A DNA stretch of 64,000 bases from assembly GCA_951406725.2 (NCBI GenBank), contig OX597819.1:61318001-61382000 (forward strand). The letters are read 5' to 3'. Shown here in pieces: positions 27,655 to 41,590 of the stretch (position 1 is the first letter of the stretch; each line of letters begins with the position of its first letter). This DNA is from Octopus vulgaris. Taxonomy: Eukaryota. The notes below the pieces were generated by a model that was not told the DNA's origin, did no database searches, and worked only from the letters and a program-made list of their open reading frames with translations. Position numbers and translations under genes: made by a program.

Positions 27655-27830
27655 GGCGCATGACTCAGTGGTTAGACCGTCGAGCTTACGATCGTAAGGT
27701 TATGAGTTCGATTCCCGGACCCGGGCTGTGTGTTGTGTTCTTGAGCAAGACACTTTATTTCACGTTGCTCCAGTTAACTCAGCTGTAGAAATGAGTTACG
27801 ACATCACTGTTGCCAAACTATATCAGCCTT
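27652..27830 (+). mobile_element. SINE family D (tRNA head + CORE-like domain); related fragment at ~1900-2005
   Basis: tgactcagtggttag A-box, gagttcgattcc B-box, gtgttcttgagcaagacacttta...cagctgtagaaatgag. Confidence 0.8.
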
Positions 27831-28109
27831 TAAATAATGCATAATGCATTAAGTTACTTTAATTACTGCATTAAATAATGATATATGTAACTCCTACAAA
27901 ATGTGCCAAGCAGAAGCTACAGGAGTTACTTAAAGACGTTGCCAGCTCTTTTCATGATGGCGACTCATGCTGTTGCATTGTTTGAAACTCTTCTGTGTCT
28001 TTAGCGGGTAACTCAGTGTCGCATGAAGTTCGTTCCTTCGCCTGTACGCTTCGTCTGAGTTGGGCAACTAGAACTGAACTAGTCTTCGCCTACAGAAAGA
28101 TTCCATCTG

Positions 28110-28745
28110 CCGTCACTGGTCAACCATTGCTGGTTTCCGCTATTATGGCTTTTTTTTTTAGTTGTTTTATTTCCAGTCCAATCTTCAGTAGGAAAAAGCA
28201 CGCTGAGTTTACTGGGAAACCTCGACAGTCGATTTCGATGCGCAATAAGGTTTTGTGCCCTCTTTTGACAAGAGCTTCATCAACCAAGACCTTGTATTTG
28301 GCTGTCACCCGTTGGGGGAAGTATTTGGTCTGTCTTCCCAGATTACTTTGAATTCAGCCTCGATTATCGTTTTTCTGTCTGGTTGGAGTGATTTTACAGG
28401 CAACTCTTTGAAAAGATGAATCTTTTGCATTAGGTCCACTTGCATCTCCAAGTGAGATGCTTGATGCAAAACAGAAAACGGATCCCACCGTCCCTACAGC
28501 TTTTTTCGCAGGGGGCTTATCATAATTTCTTTAGGAATTTCATACCTTTGGATGATGATACTCATTTCTTACTGGCCTTAATTCTCTGGGGGTCCGTCCG
28601 CTTACTAATTTCTGCAAGAACACTGTGCTTGTGCTTGTAGTGGCCTTCTCTCAGTGTTCCAGGTTTTCCGGTCAAAATTTGGTTCAGATTGCGAAGAATT
28701 GCTTCACACTGCTGGCAAGTAATCTTTGCTCCTATTAGAGACATT
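28110..28745 (-). pseudogene. RLE-type non-LTR retrotransposon C-terminal fragment (Hero-like)
   Basis: CQQCEAILRNLNQILT...GHYKHKHSVLAEI; MQVDL...SLQPDRKTIIEAEFKVIWED; KYKVLVDE...IEIDCRGF (zinc knuckle + PD-E-K nuclease pattern). Confidence 0.65.
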
Positions 28746-29030
28746 GATTGAAAAATACGTCAACACCAACAATGAGAGTATATAGAAGTGTCTATTATAT
28801 CAAAAGTTGACAGTCTCTTTACAGTTTTTTTCCCTCAAACTGGGCTGTTCACAATTGTTGTGAACAACCCACACTGAGGCGAAACTCAAAGCAGCCTGTT
28901 AAGTTCTGATAATCAAAATATATCTTTACATATACATATACCTACCTATTTACCTACCAACCTACCTAGATGCCTTCCTGCCTGCCTGCATACATACATA
29001 CCTCTCTACATACATACAAGCGTAAATACA

Positions 29031-29419
29031 TACTCTCTTACTCTCTTTTACCTGTTTCAGTCATTTGACTGTGGTTATGCGGGAGCACCGCGTTTAGTCG
29101 AGCAAATCGACCCCGGGGCTTATTCTTCAGAATACTAGTACTTATTCTATCGGTCTCTTTTGCCAAACTGCTAAGTTACGGGTACGTAAACACACCATCA
29201 TCGGTTGTCAAGCGACGTTGGGTGGACAAACATATACATATATATATATATATACACGACGGGCTTCTTTCAGTTTTTGTCTACCAAATCCACTCACAAG
29301 GCTTTGGTCGGCCCGAGGCAATAGTAGAAGACACTTGCCCAAGGTGCCACGCAGTGGGACTGAACCCGGAACCATGTGGTTCGTAAGTAAGCTACTTACC
29401 AAACAGCCACTCCTGCGCC
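29031..29419 (-). mobile_element. SINE family B, full length
   Basis: High identity to other copies. Confidence 0.9.
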
Positions 29420-30718
29420 TAAAAAAATATCTTAAAAATACGCTATAACATTGACATCACTGCATTAATCTGCAGATTCTAAGTCAACAGATTTCATGGT
29501 TAGGAAATGACCTGCAAGAAACACGATGATCCCTAATTTTGGTTGATCCACTATACGTGAACCTCAACAGAGCTCAAAGAAATTATATTAACTCAGGTTA
29601 GAAATAAGATATGGAAAATATAAATGGTCTAAATGTTTGAGACATTAAGTCTGAGAAGGAGATATTAAATTCAAATTTGAAATAACGCACAAGTGTTGAA
29701 GAATTTTCTGTAAAGTGGTAATTTAACGCCGAATGACATGTGGGTTGATCCAAACATATTTCACATAATAGCGAAGTTCAGGAAAGGAATTTTGTATGAT
29801 ATTGCTTCAGGATTTTATAGAATAGAGACTAAAATTATATAAATTAGAAAGTTCAGAAATAATATTATCTTGATAAAAATTAACTATCATCTCAGAAAGA
29901 TTAAAAGACTGGACAACGAACTAGTGGCAGTAAGTGCTTATTTTGTGAAAAATACCAAAATAATCATAGGATGTTTTGGAAAATGAAAACACTACAACGG
30001 AAGGGTAGTGCAAATGTTAGCTGTTTTTTCGTGATATATCCCGTCTATTAGAGTTGCTATTACTGTACGACTTAAAGACAATTTAAACAATTAAGAATTA
30101 TTTGGCATTCATTTATAATTGGAAATAACTCTTTCAATTGCCAAGGTGACAACGCCACTTCCCTCTCATCTTGACAGGCAGCTCGGTGGAGGCGTGATTA
30201 TGAAATTGCCCATGGAAATAGGAAAACATTGCTTGACAACACAGAATTAACCCTAAATTACTACAAGTTTGGTCAGTGAAACTGTTCTAGTTGTGAAATC
30301 CCAAATAAAATTTAACGCAGCGTAATATCAAGCAAAGGACAGCCACCACCACGAAACTATTTTGTAGTGAAAGCTGACATTAATAGTAAACAATTTCAAA
30401 TCTGTTGGTAACGACAGTATAATTAAAGACAACGTCATTTCCATGATTCTCGTTAATAATAAAACGACAATAATAAACGTTAAGGTCACTAACGACCACT
30501 TCATCCAGATAATGATGCTGAGAAAGTCTAGATATACAGATGCACGCTGAAACGCTATTGTTCCAAACAAAGCATAAATTAGTAATAGACAAATGGGAAC
30601 TTCAATAAATAAATAAAATATCTTTCATAATAGACACACCAACTCAAACACAGTTTAAGTACACATATACAGAAAAAAAACTATACGCAAATACACGCAT
30701 GCACACGCGCGCGCGCGC

Positions 30719-30754
<36 letters not shown>

Positions 30755-32979
30755 TCCCTTACTTAGCATTTGTATAATTTCCTTTTAGAATTTTCCTAAC
30801 GATATTTGTTTGATTTGAGATTGTAATCTTTCAGAGAAACAATTGCCTGTTAGTTATGGCAATTGATCAAATAGTTGATGATATTAACGTCAACGTATTT
30901 GCGTGCGTCCACGCACGCGCACACACACTATCACACATTCATACACATGTGCGCAGCAACGTTATCTGCATTCAATTACAGTTACCTTATCACATCTAGT
31001 CACCAATAAACCTTAAAAGCTGTTATCACTTAACACATTTATTTGCTTACAGCTAGTACGAACTTCGACATGGCGATAATACTGAAAAGGGGAAATCGTC
31101 AGCACAGAGTGTGGCTTTAGTATGTCTGTAAATAAAGGCAAAAGGTAGCATCCAACGAAGATAAAGCAATTAAATATAGATAAGAATAACAGATCAAATA
31201 TATATCAACTTAAGTTGCCCTGAATCTTATGCTTAAACAATTCAGACACACTTAACATTGCAATCTGTGCACTGTTTTGAAATATCTATTTAAAACAATG
31301 AAACGGCAATACGATGTTACGTTAAAAATCGAAGAACTCCAAATTCTTGCAGAATTCTTAAAAGTCGTAATATGCACTGAATCAAAAGTCTATTCCAATT
31401 GAATGGATTACGAAAAGGACTCGTAAGAGACCATCGGTAAATAACTGAACGTAACACTTTCAAAATGAAAGATTGGATGAAAAGAGAAGTCTACTTTTAT
31501 AATATATTTTGTAATTCTTTAATAATTCTTTAAACTTAAGATGCGAACTAAATCAAGATAGTTTTACTGACATTTCATCCATCTCTTTACATTCGGCCGA
31601 GGTCGACTTTGAAATTTGAAATTCGGCCGAGATCGACTTTGCCTGTCATCCCTTTCGCGGTCGATAAAATAAGTACCAGTTAAGCCCTGATGTCGATGTA
31701 ATCAACTAGTTCCCTCCTTGTGCCTATAGTAGAAAAGATTTTATGTTACATTATTTACACAAAACGAAACTACTTCAAAATTTAATAACTTGAGCAAAAT
31801 ATTATGACAATCATCTGATAATTATGTAATTCAACAAGTGAATATAATTCTTTAAGTAAACTGAATTGTTTTCGACTTCTTACGTTCTCAGTTCAGTTCC
31901 GGCTGGTTTCAACTATATCGGGGGTCAGTAAAATAAATAACCAGTCAAGTACTGGGGTTGATGACATCGGTTAACCCCCTCTCTTCAATTGCTGGCATTA
32001 TTCAGAAACCATTATTGTCACGATTAGTTTTTCTGTTCATCGAATAAAGATGGCGATATTTCCTGCCATAAGAGTTTCAAAAATCTTTATACCAATAAAC
32101 ATTAAGTTTTGGCTACAAATGAAACATTTTCAAATATTTAACACAGATAAATACGCAGAGGAATGAGGAGCTTATTTCTGGTGGAAAATCAACCAATTAG
32201 GAAAGAAATGTTTCCCTTCTAATCCAACACCTCTTCTTATTCAGTAATGCCCTTCAGCTCCCCTCTCACCTCAATTTTTCTCTCCACCTCACCCGCTTAT
32301 CTCCCTTCTTTATTTCCTTTTTTTTTTTTTCTCTTCCCTAGTCTCTCTTTGCTACAACTTCCCGTCTACGTATGAAGCTCGCGTTGCCTTGCATACCTCA
32401 TCTACTGCAGCCAATTTCTCAGACATAGAGTATGTAAAGTTCTACTGTCTTTCTTTTTCTTCCCGTCTGTCACCTTTCTCCGAAGAGGGAATCTGTCCGC
32501 AACGTTGGGCAATATTTTACTCTCCTAGACAATTTCACTGAACCCTTTCTGTCGTTTTAATGAAACATTATTGAGTCAATACTGTCGTTGTACAGAAGTA
32601 TCCGAATGGAAACTAACTAAACTATCTAACAAAAATTAGGATTATGGGTATGTGATAATACAAACACATACAAAAAGGTTAAAACACATTCTGAACACTA
32701 TTAAATACACACGTAAGCTTAAAAAAAACGTTTAGACAAATGCATACACACATATACACATATACACAGACGAACACACACATGCATGTGCGCATGCGTG
32801 TATATAGTAAACTGTAAAGCAATTTTTTGCTGACGAGAAATAACAAGATCGAAACGTCCGTTGTTTTCACGAATTCGTTACAAAGTGAAGGGTTGAGTAA
32901 TCCTTCACTTCAATGTAAATTTATTATTATTACAACTCGACTTAAAAACAAACATTAAATATGTCTATACTATGGTCAG

Positions 32980-33190
32980 AAAGATGAGAGAATTGTTAGC
33001 ACACTGGGAAAAATGCTTATCGGCATTTCATCCGTCTACACATTCCGAGTTCAAATTCTGCAGAGGTCGACTTTGCTTTCCATCCTTTCGGGGTCGATAA
33101 TATTAAGTATCAGCTGAACTCTGGAGTCAATGTAATCGACTTAGCCCCTTCCCCGAAATTGCTGGCCTTGTGCTAAAATTTGAAGTCAAT
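32980..33190 (+). mobile_element. SINE family A (further fragments at 31560-31740 and 31870-32010)
   Basis: Core motif. Confidence 0.8.
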
Positions 33191-33837
33191 ACATATGTCT
33201 ATACATACATACATACAAACATACATACATACATACATACATACATACATACATACAGTTGTTCAGTATCCCAGCCGTGACGAGTCGATGTTAAATGGGT
33301 TGAAACAATCGTAGTGATCAATAAACACTCTCGTACCTTCCACCTTCCGTCACTGTCATTAATCAGATACCCAACGAAGACTGTGAAAGTGGACGTGCTT
33401 TACCGGTATATTACCAGGCGTATACTTTATGATTTAGTACCTAATATATATATATATATATATATAAATTACCAGTTATTGTCTTAAATACAAACGCTAC
33501 TAAGGAATAAGTTGAAAGAACTTCCGACAAAGAAGACGAGACAAGTGTATGAAGAATAATAAACAACGATGTTGGTCCCCTGTTACTGATATGTAGAGTC
33601 CCCCGGGTGGGATTACTGTCACGTGTTCAGCTTTAAATCATTGCTTATAATATTTCATATATTTATTTATTTATTTACGTATTTATGTATGTATATGCGT
33701 ATGTTTGGTTGTATGTGTAAGTTAGTGTGTGTGTATGCGTGAGAGAGAGGTACAACAAATAATGTGTTATATATACATGCATACATACATGCACACATAT
33801 ATATACGTACATACATTCATACATGCATTCGTGCATA

Positions 33838-33874
<37 letters not shown>

Positions 33875-34025
33875 ACAAACACACACGCATGCATGCATGC
33901 ATACGTACAGCTTCTGGGAGAGTGAGAGAAACGAGCAAGCTGATAACAGAAAATGAAAGCAGATGATATTCTAGATTGACAGAGCAGGTAGGTGGGGGTA
34001 AAGAGGGAGAGAGGGTTAGAGGGTT

Positions 34026-34104
<79 letters not shown>

Positions 34105-34227
34105 AGAGAATTTCCATGATCACTTTACTCCCACGTTTTCATCTAGCGGAATCCCTTCTGACGGGGGTCTGTAAATTTATTAGCTTCAACAGTTTTCCGC
34201 CCCCCATGTCATGCATTTAAGCTGTTA

Positions 34228-34296
<69 letters not shown>

Positions 34297-35149
34297 CCAT
34301 TGTATTAGACTTTCTACTCTTTTCTATTTCAATCTTTCGAAGACAACAGTGCTTCTCGTTCTCGAAATAGCATGACAACTATCGGCAAAGACAGCTGTAA
34401 TAAATCCCCGCTTTTCCTAGTCTCCTTTCTATGTCTATATAAATATCTATATCTGTCTATGTGAATGTGTGTGTTTGTGTGTGTGTGTGCGCATGCGTGT
34501 GTTTGTGAAATATGTATATAATTCAGCCATGTAAATGTCTTGCAGTTTGTGTCTAGCTTGCTGTCTGTCTGTCTCCATTATTTCTTTCAGTTCCCCAATC
34601 TTTCTCTCTCTCCTCTCTCCCCCTCCCCCTTTCTCTCTCTTTCCTTTTTGCCTCTCCATCTCCGTCTCCCTCTATCTTCTTTGTCTCTTATTTCTTGTTC
34701 GTTCTGTCAAAATTATTTATTTATAAATAAACATAAGTCGCAGCCACGCCACGATGTGTGACAGCCTCTTAGACGACGGACCCTCGATACGTGACTCGTC
34801 ACCCCGCACTACGTATTCTGCCTACGTACGTATGAGGCAAAGACACCCAACAATAATAATTGGTTATGTCTTCGTACCATGATAGTTCTCTTTCAATTGT
34901 AAATAACGAGGATAAAAAGGCGGTGTACTGACAAATTCACAACGAATCCATCAGTAAATTATGTGAAAGCTAAACTGGCTGAATCCTTTGATTGGGTGAA
35001 TAAAAGTGCTTTGGGTTTTTTTCCAGTTCTTTGCGTTCTGGGTTCAAATTCCATCAAAGTAAACTTTGTTTTTTGTTCTTCAGTGGTTGACAAAATAAAA
35101 GTACTAACCAAAAGCTAAATCGATAGCATCAATTTCACTCCTACCCTAA

Positions 35150-35910
35150 TAATGGTTTCAAATTTTGCCACAAGTGGAGGGGATAAGTCGATTACATCAA
35201 CCCCAGTGTTTCACTGGTACTTAATTTATTGACTCCGAAAGGATGAAAGGCAAAGTTGACCTTGGCGGAATTTGAATACATAACGTGAAGACAGATGAAA
35301 TACCTATTTCTTTACTACCAACAAAGGGCTAAACACAGAGAGGACAAACAAGGACACACAAACGAATTAAGTCGATTATTTCGACCCCAGTGCGTAACTG
35401 GTACTTATTTAGTCGACCCCGAAAGAATGAAAGGCAAAGTCGACCTAGGCGGAATTTGAACTCAGAACGTAGCGGCAGACGAAATACCTATTTCTTAACT
35501 ACTCACAAAGGGCTAAACACAGAGGACAAACAAGGACAGACAAAGGGATTAAGTCGATTATATCGACCCCAAGTGCGTAACTGGTACTTATTTAATCGAC
35601 CCCGAAAGGATGAAAGGCAAAGCCGACCTCGGCGGAATTTGAACTCAGAACGTAGCGGCAGATGAAATACCGCTAAGCATACTAACGATGTTGCCAGCTC
35701 GCCGCCCTTAATAATAATTTTGCCACAAGGACAGCAATTCTGTGGGGGGGGGGGGGGATGAGTCAATTTAACAGTTACTTATTTTATCGATCCCGACAGG
35801 ATGCAAGGCAAAGTCAGCCTCAGAGGAATTTGAACTCAGAACGTAGAGACGGACGAAATGTTGCTAAGTATTTTCCCCACCGTGCTAACGATCCTGCTAG
35901 CTCACCGCCT
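35150..35910 (-). mobile_element. SINE family A trimer plus an extra copy
   Basis: Repeated body joined at gaaatacctatttc (~35297 and ~35481). Confidence 0.88.
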
Positions 35911-35913
35911 TCT

Positions 35914-35914
<1 letters not shown>

Positions 35915-35952
<38 letters not shown>

Positions 35953-36041
35953 GGAGGAGGAGGAGGAGGAGGAGGAGGAGGAGGAGAAGAAGAAGAAGAA
36001 GAAGAAGAAGAAGAAGAAGAAGAAGAAGAAGAAGAAGAAGA
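35915..36041. repeat. (GAT)n(GAG)n(AAG)n compound triplet repeat
   Basis: Directly visible. Confidence 0.95.
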
Positions 36042-36620
36042 AAAGAGAGTACCTGCGGCGTGTGAGAAAAATACTGGTTTCAAAGCTGAATGCCAGCAAC
36101 ATAATTTCGGCAATAAACTATTGCGCGCAGTCGCAATAGTTCAGAATGGCGCTGGAACCCTGAGGCAGACAGAGAAGGAGCCAAAGGAGATGGACAAGAA
36201 GTCAAAAGAGCTCCCAACGATGCATGGAGCCAATCATCCATGTGCAGACACTGATCGCTTATACATGAAGAGAGCAACTGGAGGAAGAGGACTGATGAGT
36301 GTGGAAAACCGTGTACATGTCGAACTCGAGAGCTTAATGAGATAGATACCTAGCCCTAAGTAAGGAAACCTTAGCAACGAGGAAGGATTGAAAGCAGGGG
36401 GGAAAAAAACAGGAAAAATGAAGGAAGAAGGACACGAAGTACAAAAAAGACATGAAGAAGAAGAATGCAATAAGGGACTACCAGAATCAATTCCATATAG
36501 CTAGAACAGAAGTTGCTGGAAGAAACTAGGTGGGACTGGCTGAAGAAAGAAAAGCTAAAAAAAAAAAAGAGACCGATAGCACTATACTGGTAGCGCCGGA
36601 CCTAGTTTTGGCCGCGAACT
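36042..36620 (+). pseudogene. R4/Dong-like non-LTR retrotransposon ORF fragment
   Basis: EYLRRVRKILVSKLNASNIISAIN; MHGANHPCADTDRLYMKRATGGRGLMSVE; WDWLKKEKLK..ETDSTILVAPD; frameshifts and stops. Confidence 0.8.
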
Positions 36621-36720
36621 AGTGTCTTCTACTATAGCCACGGGCTGACCAAAGCCTTGTGAGTGGATCTGTTTGACAGAAGCTGTAAGAAGCCCGTCGT
36701 ATATATATATATATATATAT

Positions 36721-36906
36721 CAAAATGTGACCTCGTGTGTACCGTTGGCGATTTTTTTTCCTCTGTCTTCCCTTCTCCTATGTTTCCGACGAAGAGCTCC
36801 GCTCGAAACATTAAACCCTCCTTCTTTCCTGAGCGTCCAATAATACTATATTTGTTCCACGTCCTCGCGTTGTTGTGTTTTTTGTGCTTTCTTGTTTGGA
36901 TTAACT
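36721..36906 (+). mobile_element. Second copy of the HHR/pLTR-like element, nested in the (TA)n of a family B SINE (36620-37135)
   Basis: HHR at 36782-36816: gttt ccgacga agagctccgctc gaaac att aaac (GUU changed to AUU); (TA)n on both sides. Confidence 0.75.
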
Positions 36907-37162
36907 ATATATATACGTATGTATTTATGTGTGCTTTTGTGTTTGTTTCCCCCACCATCGCTTGACAACCGATGTCGGTGTGTTTATGTCCCCGTAACTT
37001 AACGGTTCGGCAAAAGTGACCGATAAAATAAGTACTAGGCTTATAAGGAATAAGTTCTGGGAGTCGGTTCCTACGACTAAAGAGCCTTTAAGGCGGTGCT
37101 CCAGCATGGCCACGGCCAAGTGACTAAAATGAATAAGTATATATATATATATATATATATAT

Positions 37163-37356
37163 CTTTTACTCTTTTACTTGTTTCAGTCATTTGACTGTCG
37201 CCATGTTGGAGCACCGCCTTTTGTCGAGCAAATCGACCCCAGGACTTATTCTTTGTAAAGCCTAGTACTTATTCTATCGGTCTCTTTAGCCGAACCGCTA
37301 AATTACGGGGACGTAAACACACCAGCATCAGTTGTCAAGCGATGTTGGTGGGACAA

Positions 37357-37410
<54 letters not shown>

Positions 37411-37544
37411 GACAGGCTTCTTTCAGTTTCCGTCAACCAAATCCACTCACAAGGCTTTGGTTGGCCCGAAGATATAGTAGAAAACACTTGTCCAAGGTGC
37501 CACGCACTGGGACTGAACTCAGAACCATGTGGTTCGTAAGCAAG
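37163..37544 (-). mobile_element. SINE family B
   Basis: Family B motifs. Confidence 0.88.
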
Positions 37545-38811
37545 CTAGAACCACGATGTAAGGTTAAATGCTAAATAACATGGTAGAGTGGAGACATACA
37601 TTTGTTCATGTACGTGGCGTTTTCTTCGAGTTCAGAACCCATCAGAATGCACTCTGATGATTTTGAAATTCGAATGAAACACGACTGGTCTTGGCAATGC
37701 CCGTCATCTGAACAAATATGCTCGTGTGTGGATGTGTGCGTATTCAAAATATATATAATGAGAAGTATTAACGTTTTTGACAGCTTAAAAGGCGCACGTG
37801 CCTGAGACACATTTCAATTTTGACAGATCCTTTCTTGAACTGCCAATTGTCAGAATCCTGACCCTTGACATTCACAAAACGTCAGCTTGTTTTCTGGGAC
37901 ATTTTTTTAAGGATGGGTTGAAAATTGTGCGTCTCACGAGCCTCCAAATTCGCTAGATATTATAAGTACTGATATCTATATGATCAATTTAGTGTATCTC
38001 CAAGTCTTCTGAGTATTTTTTACAACTATCAATGTAATAGTAACACATTTAGTCAAGTTAACAAAGGGATGTGGGTTCGAATCCCACGTGGATGGGAAAG
38101 TTTTTTTTTTTTCTGTCGAGAACTTATCTATATGCACCATTATTTGACTATTTTCCTTAGTCATTGCACGGTGATCGCTATAAGCTTTAAGCTTATACAA
38201 ACACCATTATTATTATTTACAGGATTGTAGAACTCAGCATCGTATAACAAAACCATTCGCAACTATTAATATGTATTTCTACTTAGAATATTTGTGGCTA
38301 ATAGACTTTGTTAAGCAACTTGCTTACATTCTGGCATTCATATCTACAACACACCCATGCACAGTAAGGGCAGAAAGATACACCTACATTTTTTTTTACT
38401 GACTCCAGCCATTGTCATGTGGATACTCTAGGTCATCATATAACATATACATAACACATAGGCACATAATACTCACACACACGCACAAACCTAAGCACAC
38501 ACACACACACACACTTTTCCTTGAGTCCTCGACTCCACAGTAGAGTCGTAGAGGCGCTGACGTAATATATGGTATCTCTTAGTAAAATTTTAGGTGTAGC
38601 AGAGCCCATCCCTCTCTAGGTTTGAGCACAGATGAAATTCCTCTCGAAAGAAAAACAGAGAGAAAGTGTTAAAGAAATGGAACAGTTAAACCAGTAAGGG
38701 ATCGGTACTTTATTCATCGATCCCAAAACAATGAAGTAGTAGGTTTGTCCCATTACTTCTCTCAATATTTAAGTCATGCAGTTGCATGGGTTCAGTTTTC
38801 AAATGCGCATA

Positions 38812-39648
38812 TACTCTTTACTCTTTTTACTCTTTTTACTTGTTTCAGTCATTTGACTGCGGCCATGCTGGAGCACCGCCTTTAGTCGAGCAAATCGACC
38901 CCGGGACTTATTCTTTGTAAGCCCAGTACTTATTCTATCGGTCTCTTTTGCCGAACCGCTAAGTGACGGGGGCGTAAACACACCAGCATCGGTTGTCAAG
39001 CAATGCTAGGGGGACAAACACAGACACACAAACACATACACACACACTTATATATATATACATATATACGACAGGCTTTTTTCAGTTTCCATCTACAAAA
39101 TCCACTCACAAGGCTTTGTTTAGCCCAAGGCTATAGTAGAAGACACTTGCCCAAGATGCCACGCAGTGGGACTGAACCCGAAACCATGTGGTTGGTTAGC
39201 AAGCTACTTACCACACAGCCACTCCTGCGCCTATGAAGTGCTTTTTCTTCTTTTTTTTTAACTGTGAAGAGTTGTCCTTGTTTAAAACGGATCTTCGATT
39301 CTTTTGACAGAATTAAACATTTACAACTACAGCTTCTGCTACTTCTCTTCCTGCTACTATTTTATTTCTTTATTGCTCACAGGGGGCGCTAAAATAGGAC
39401 GTAAACACACCAGCATCGGTTGTCAAGCGATGTTGGGGGGACAAACACAGACACACAAACATACACATATATATATATATATATATACGATAGGCTTTTT
39501 TCAGTTTCCATCTACAAAATCCACTCACAAGGCTTTGTTTAGCCCAAGGCTATAGTAGAAGACACTTGCCCAAGGTGCCACGCAGTGGGACTGAACTCGG
39601 AACCATGTCGTTCATAAGCAAGCTACTTATCACACAGCCACTCTGCCC
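38812..39648 (-). mobile_element. SINE family B full copy (38812-39231) and partial duplicate (39397-39648)
   Basis: Both share private variants (tccatctacaaaat, ctttgtttagcccaagg). Confidence 0.88.
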
Positions 39649-39649
39649 A

Positions 39650-40050
39650 TAGGGGGCTAAACATAGAGGGGACAAACAAGGACAAACAAATGGATTAAGT
39701 CGACTACATCGACCCCAGTGCGTAACTGGTACTTAATTTATCGACCTCGAAAGGATGAAAGGCAAAGTCGACGTCGGCGGAATTTGAACTCAGAACGTAG
39801 CCGCAGACGAAATACCTATTTCTTTACTACTCACAAGGGGCTAAACACAGAGGGAACAAACAAGGACAGACAAACGGATTAAGTCGATTACATCGACCCC
39901 AGTGCGTAACTGGTACTTAATTTATCGACCCCGAAAGGATGAAAGGCAAAGTCGACCTCGGCGGAATTTTGAACTCAGAACGTAACAGCAGACGAAATAC
40001 GGCTACGCATTTCACCCAGCGTGCTAACGTTTCTGCCAGCTCGCCGCCTT
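39650..40050 (-). mobile_element. SINE family A dimer
   Basis: Junction gaaatacctatttc at ~39809. Confidence 0.88.
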
Positions 40051-40788
40051 TACTAGTAATTCCTGCTACTATTGCCACTAAAGTCGTTACGGTCACTAGC
40101 CCCTGTTTTATTGCTGAAGGAGGATAAACAACTCCCACTATATTTACGTCTTCTCCCATTTCCACTACCACCACCACTGCCGCCACCACCACCACAGCCG
40201 TCGCCATCACCACCACTTCTGCTAGTGACACTGATACAGCCACTACTTATCACTACCATTGTTACTACTACTACTCCTACTACTGCTGCCCATCAGCTAT
40301 CAGAAGGAAACCAATTACCAGTACCATATGAATTTTGTAAGGAAAACGTGAGCATCTAGAACTTATGAAAGATTAATTTCATTTATTTCTCCCTCTCTTA
40401 CAGCATGACTAAATCGTCTTATAAACAATTGAAACCGGTAGCTTATTTTCATAAAAATGTAAATATTCTATTTCTCTTGTCCATGATAAACTTCTCAAAG
40501 CAGTTTCTTCTTTTTTGCTCTATATTGTACACACACACACGTGACACTTTTAACTCGTTTTCGAGTAATGCAGTAATGCTATCGCTTGATTGTTCTCTTA
40601 GATTTGGGCAGCTAGAGAATACAGGGAATTATACACTTTTATACAGATGTGGAAACGATGGGCATCTGACGCAGTAGGTGTTGCAGTATTGTTTTGGCGA
40701 ACCTTCATATGACGATTCAGTCTGCCTCTCACCGTGCATTCTTCAGTGCACTCCTTTCATGTAGCGATAGCGTATAATGAATAGTTAA

Positions 40789-40823
<35 letters not shown>

Positions 40824-40824
40824 A

Positions 40825-40985
40825 TCTTTCTCCCTGGCTTCTCTGGTGACTCCTAAGGCCTACATCAGTTAGACGGGTACATGTACACGTTACATTAAAA
40901 AAACTGGGCTGTGAGCCAACGTATTCAACCAAATTCACATTATGATTCTTACGGACACCTCTCTTGAGTTGTTCATGCTCGATCA
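40825..40985 (-). pseudogene. Decayed RTE LINE 3' end
   Basis: EHEQLKRGVRK...TCTCTRLTDVGLRSHQRS resembles the RTE C-terminal finger. Confidence 0.5.
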
Positions 40986-41256
40986 TGCATGCATGCATAC
41001 ATACATACGTACGTACGTACATACATGCATGCAAGCATATATGACAGAAGAATGACAAAGTACATGATAATTGGACAACGAAACAGGAAACATGTCAATT
41101 CGTTCTCCTTTACTTTTCTGTGTGCAAAAAGGATAAGGTGTATATACATGTGTTCGCATCCATTTGATATATTTACACGTATCCATAGATATCAAAACAT
41201 ATGCATACACACACACACATACATACATATATACATACATACATACATACATACAT

Positions 41257-41590
41257 AATTGTTAAGAGATTTCTTTTCACATGAAACCATTGGTAGCCTT
41301 GTCGGCCCACAAATAAAGAACATTTATCTATCAATGTGGTGTTGAGTACTCATTATCCCTGTTCAATATTAGTTCATACACACACATAAACGTGTACGTA
41401 CATACATACATACATACATGCATACATAATTGTTAAGAGATTTCTTTTCACATGAAACCATTGGTAGCCTTGTCGGCCCCAAATAAAGAACATTAATCTA
41501 TCAATGCGGTGTTGAGTACTCATTGTCCCTGTTCGATATTAGCTCACACACACACACACACACAAACACACACGTGTACGTATGTACGTG
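41257..41590. repeat. Tandem duplication, period 171 bp
   Basis: aattgttaagagatttc begins at 41257 and 41428. Confidence 0.9.

Noticed and set aside
37654-37690. CTGATGA...GAAAC hammerhead candidate
   Set aside because: Stems I and III cannot be formed convincingly
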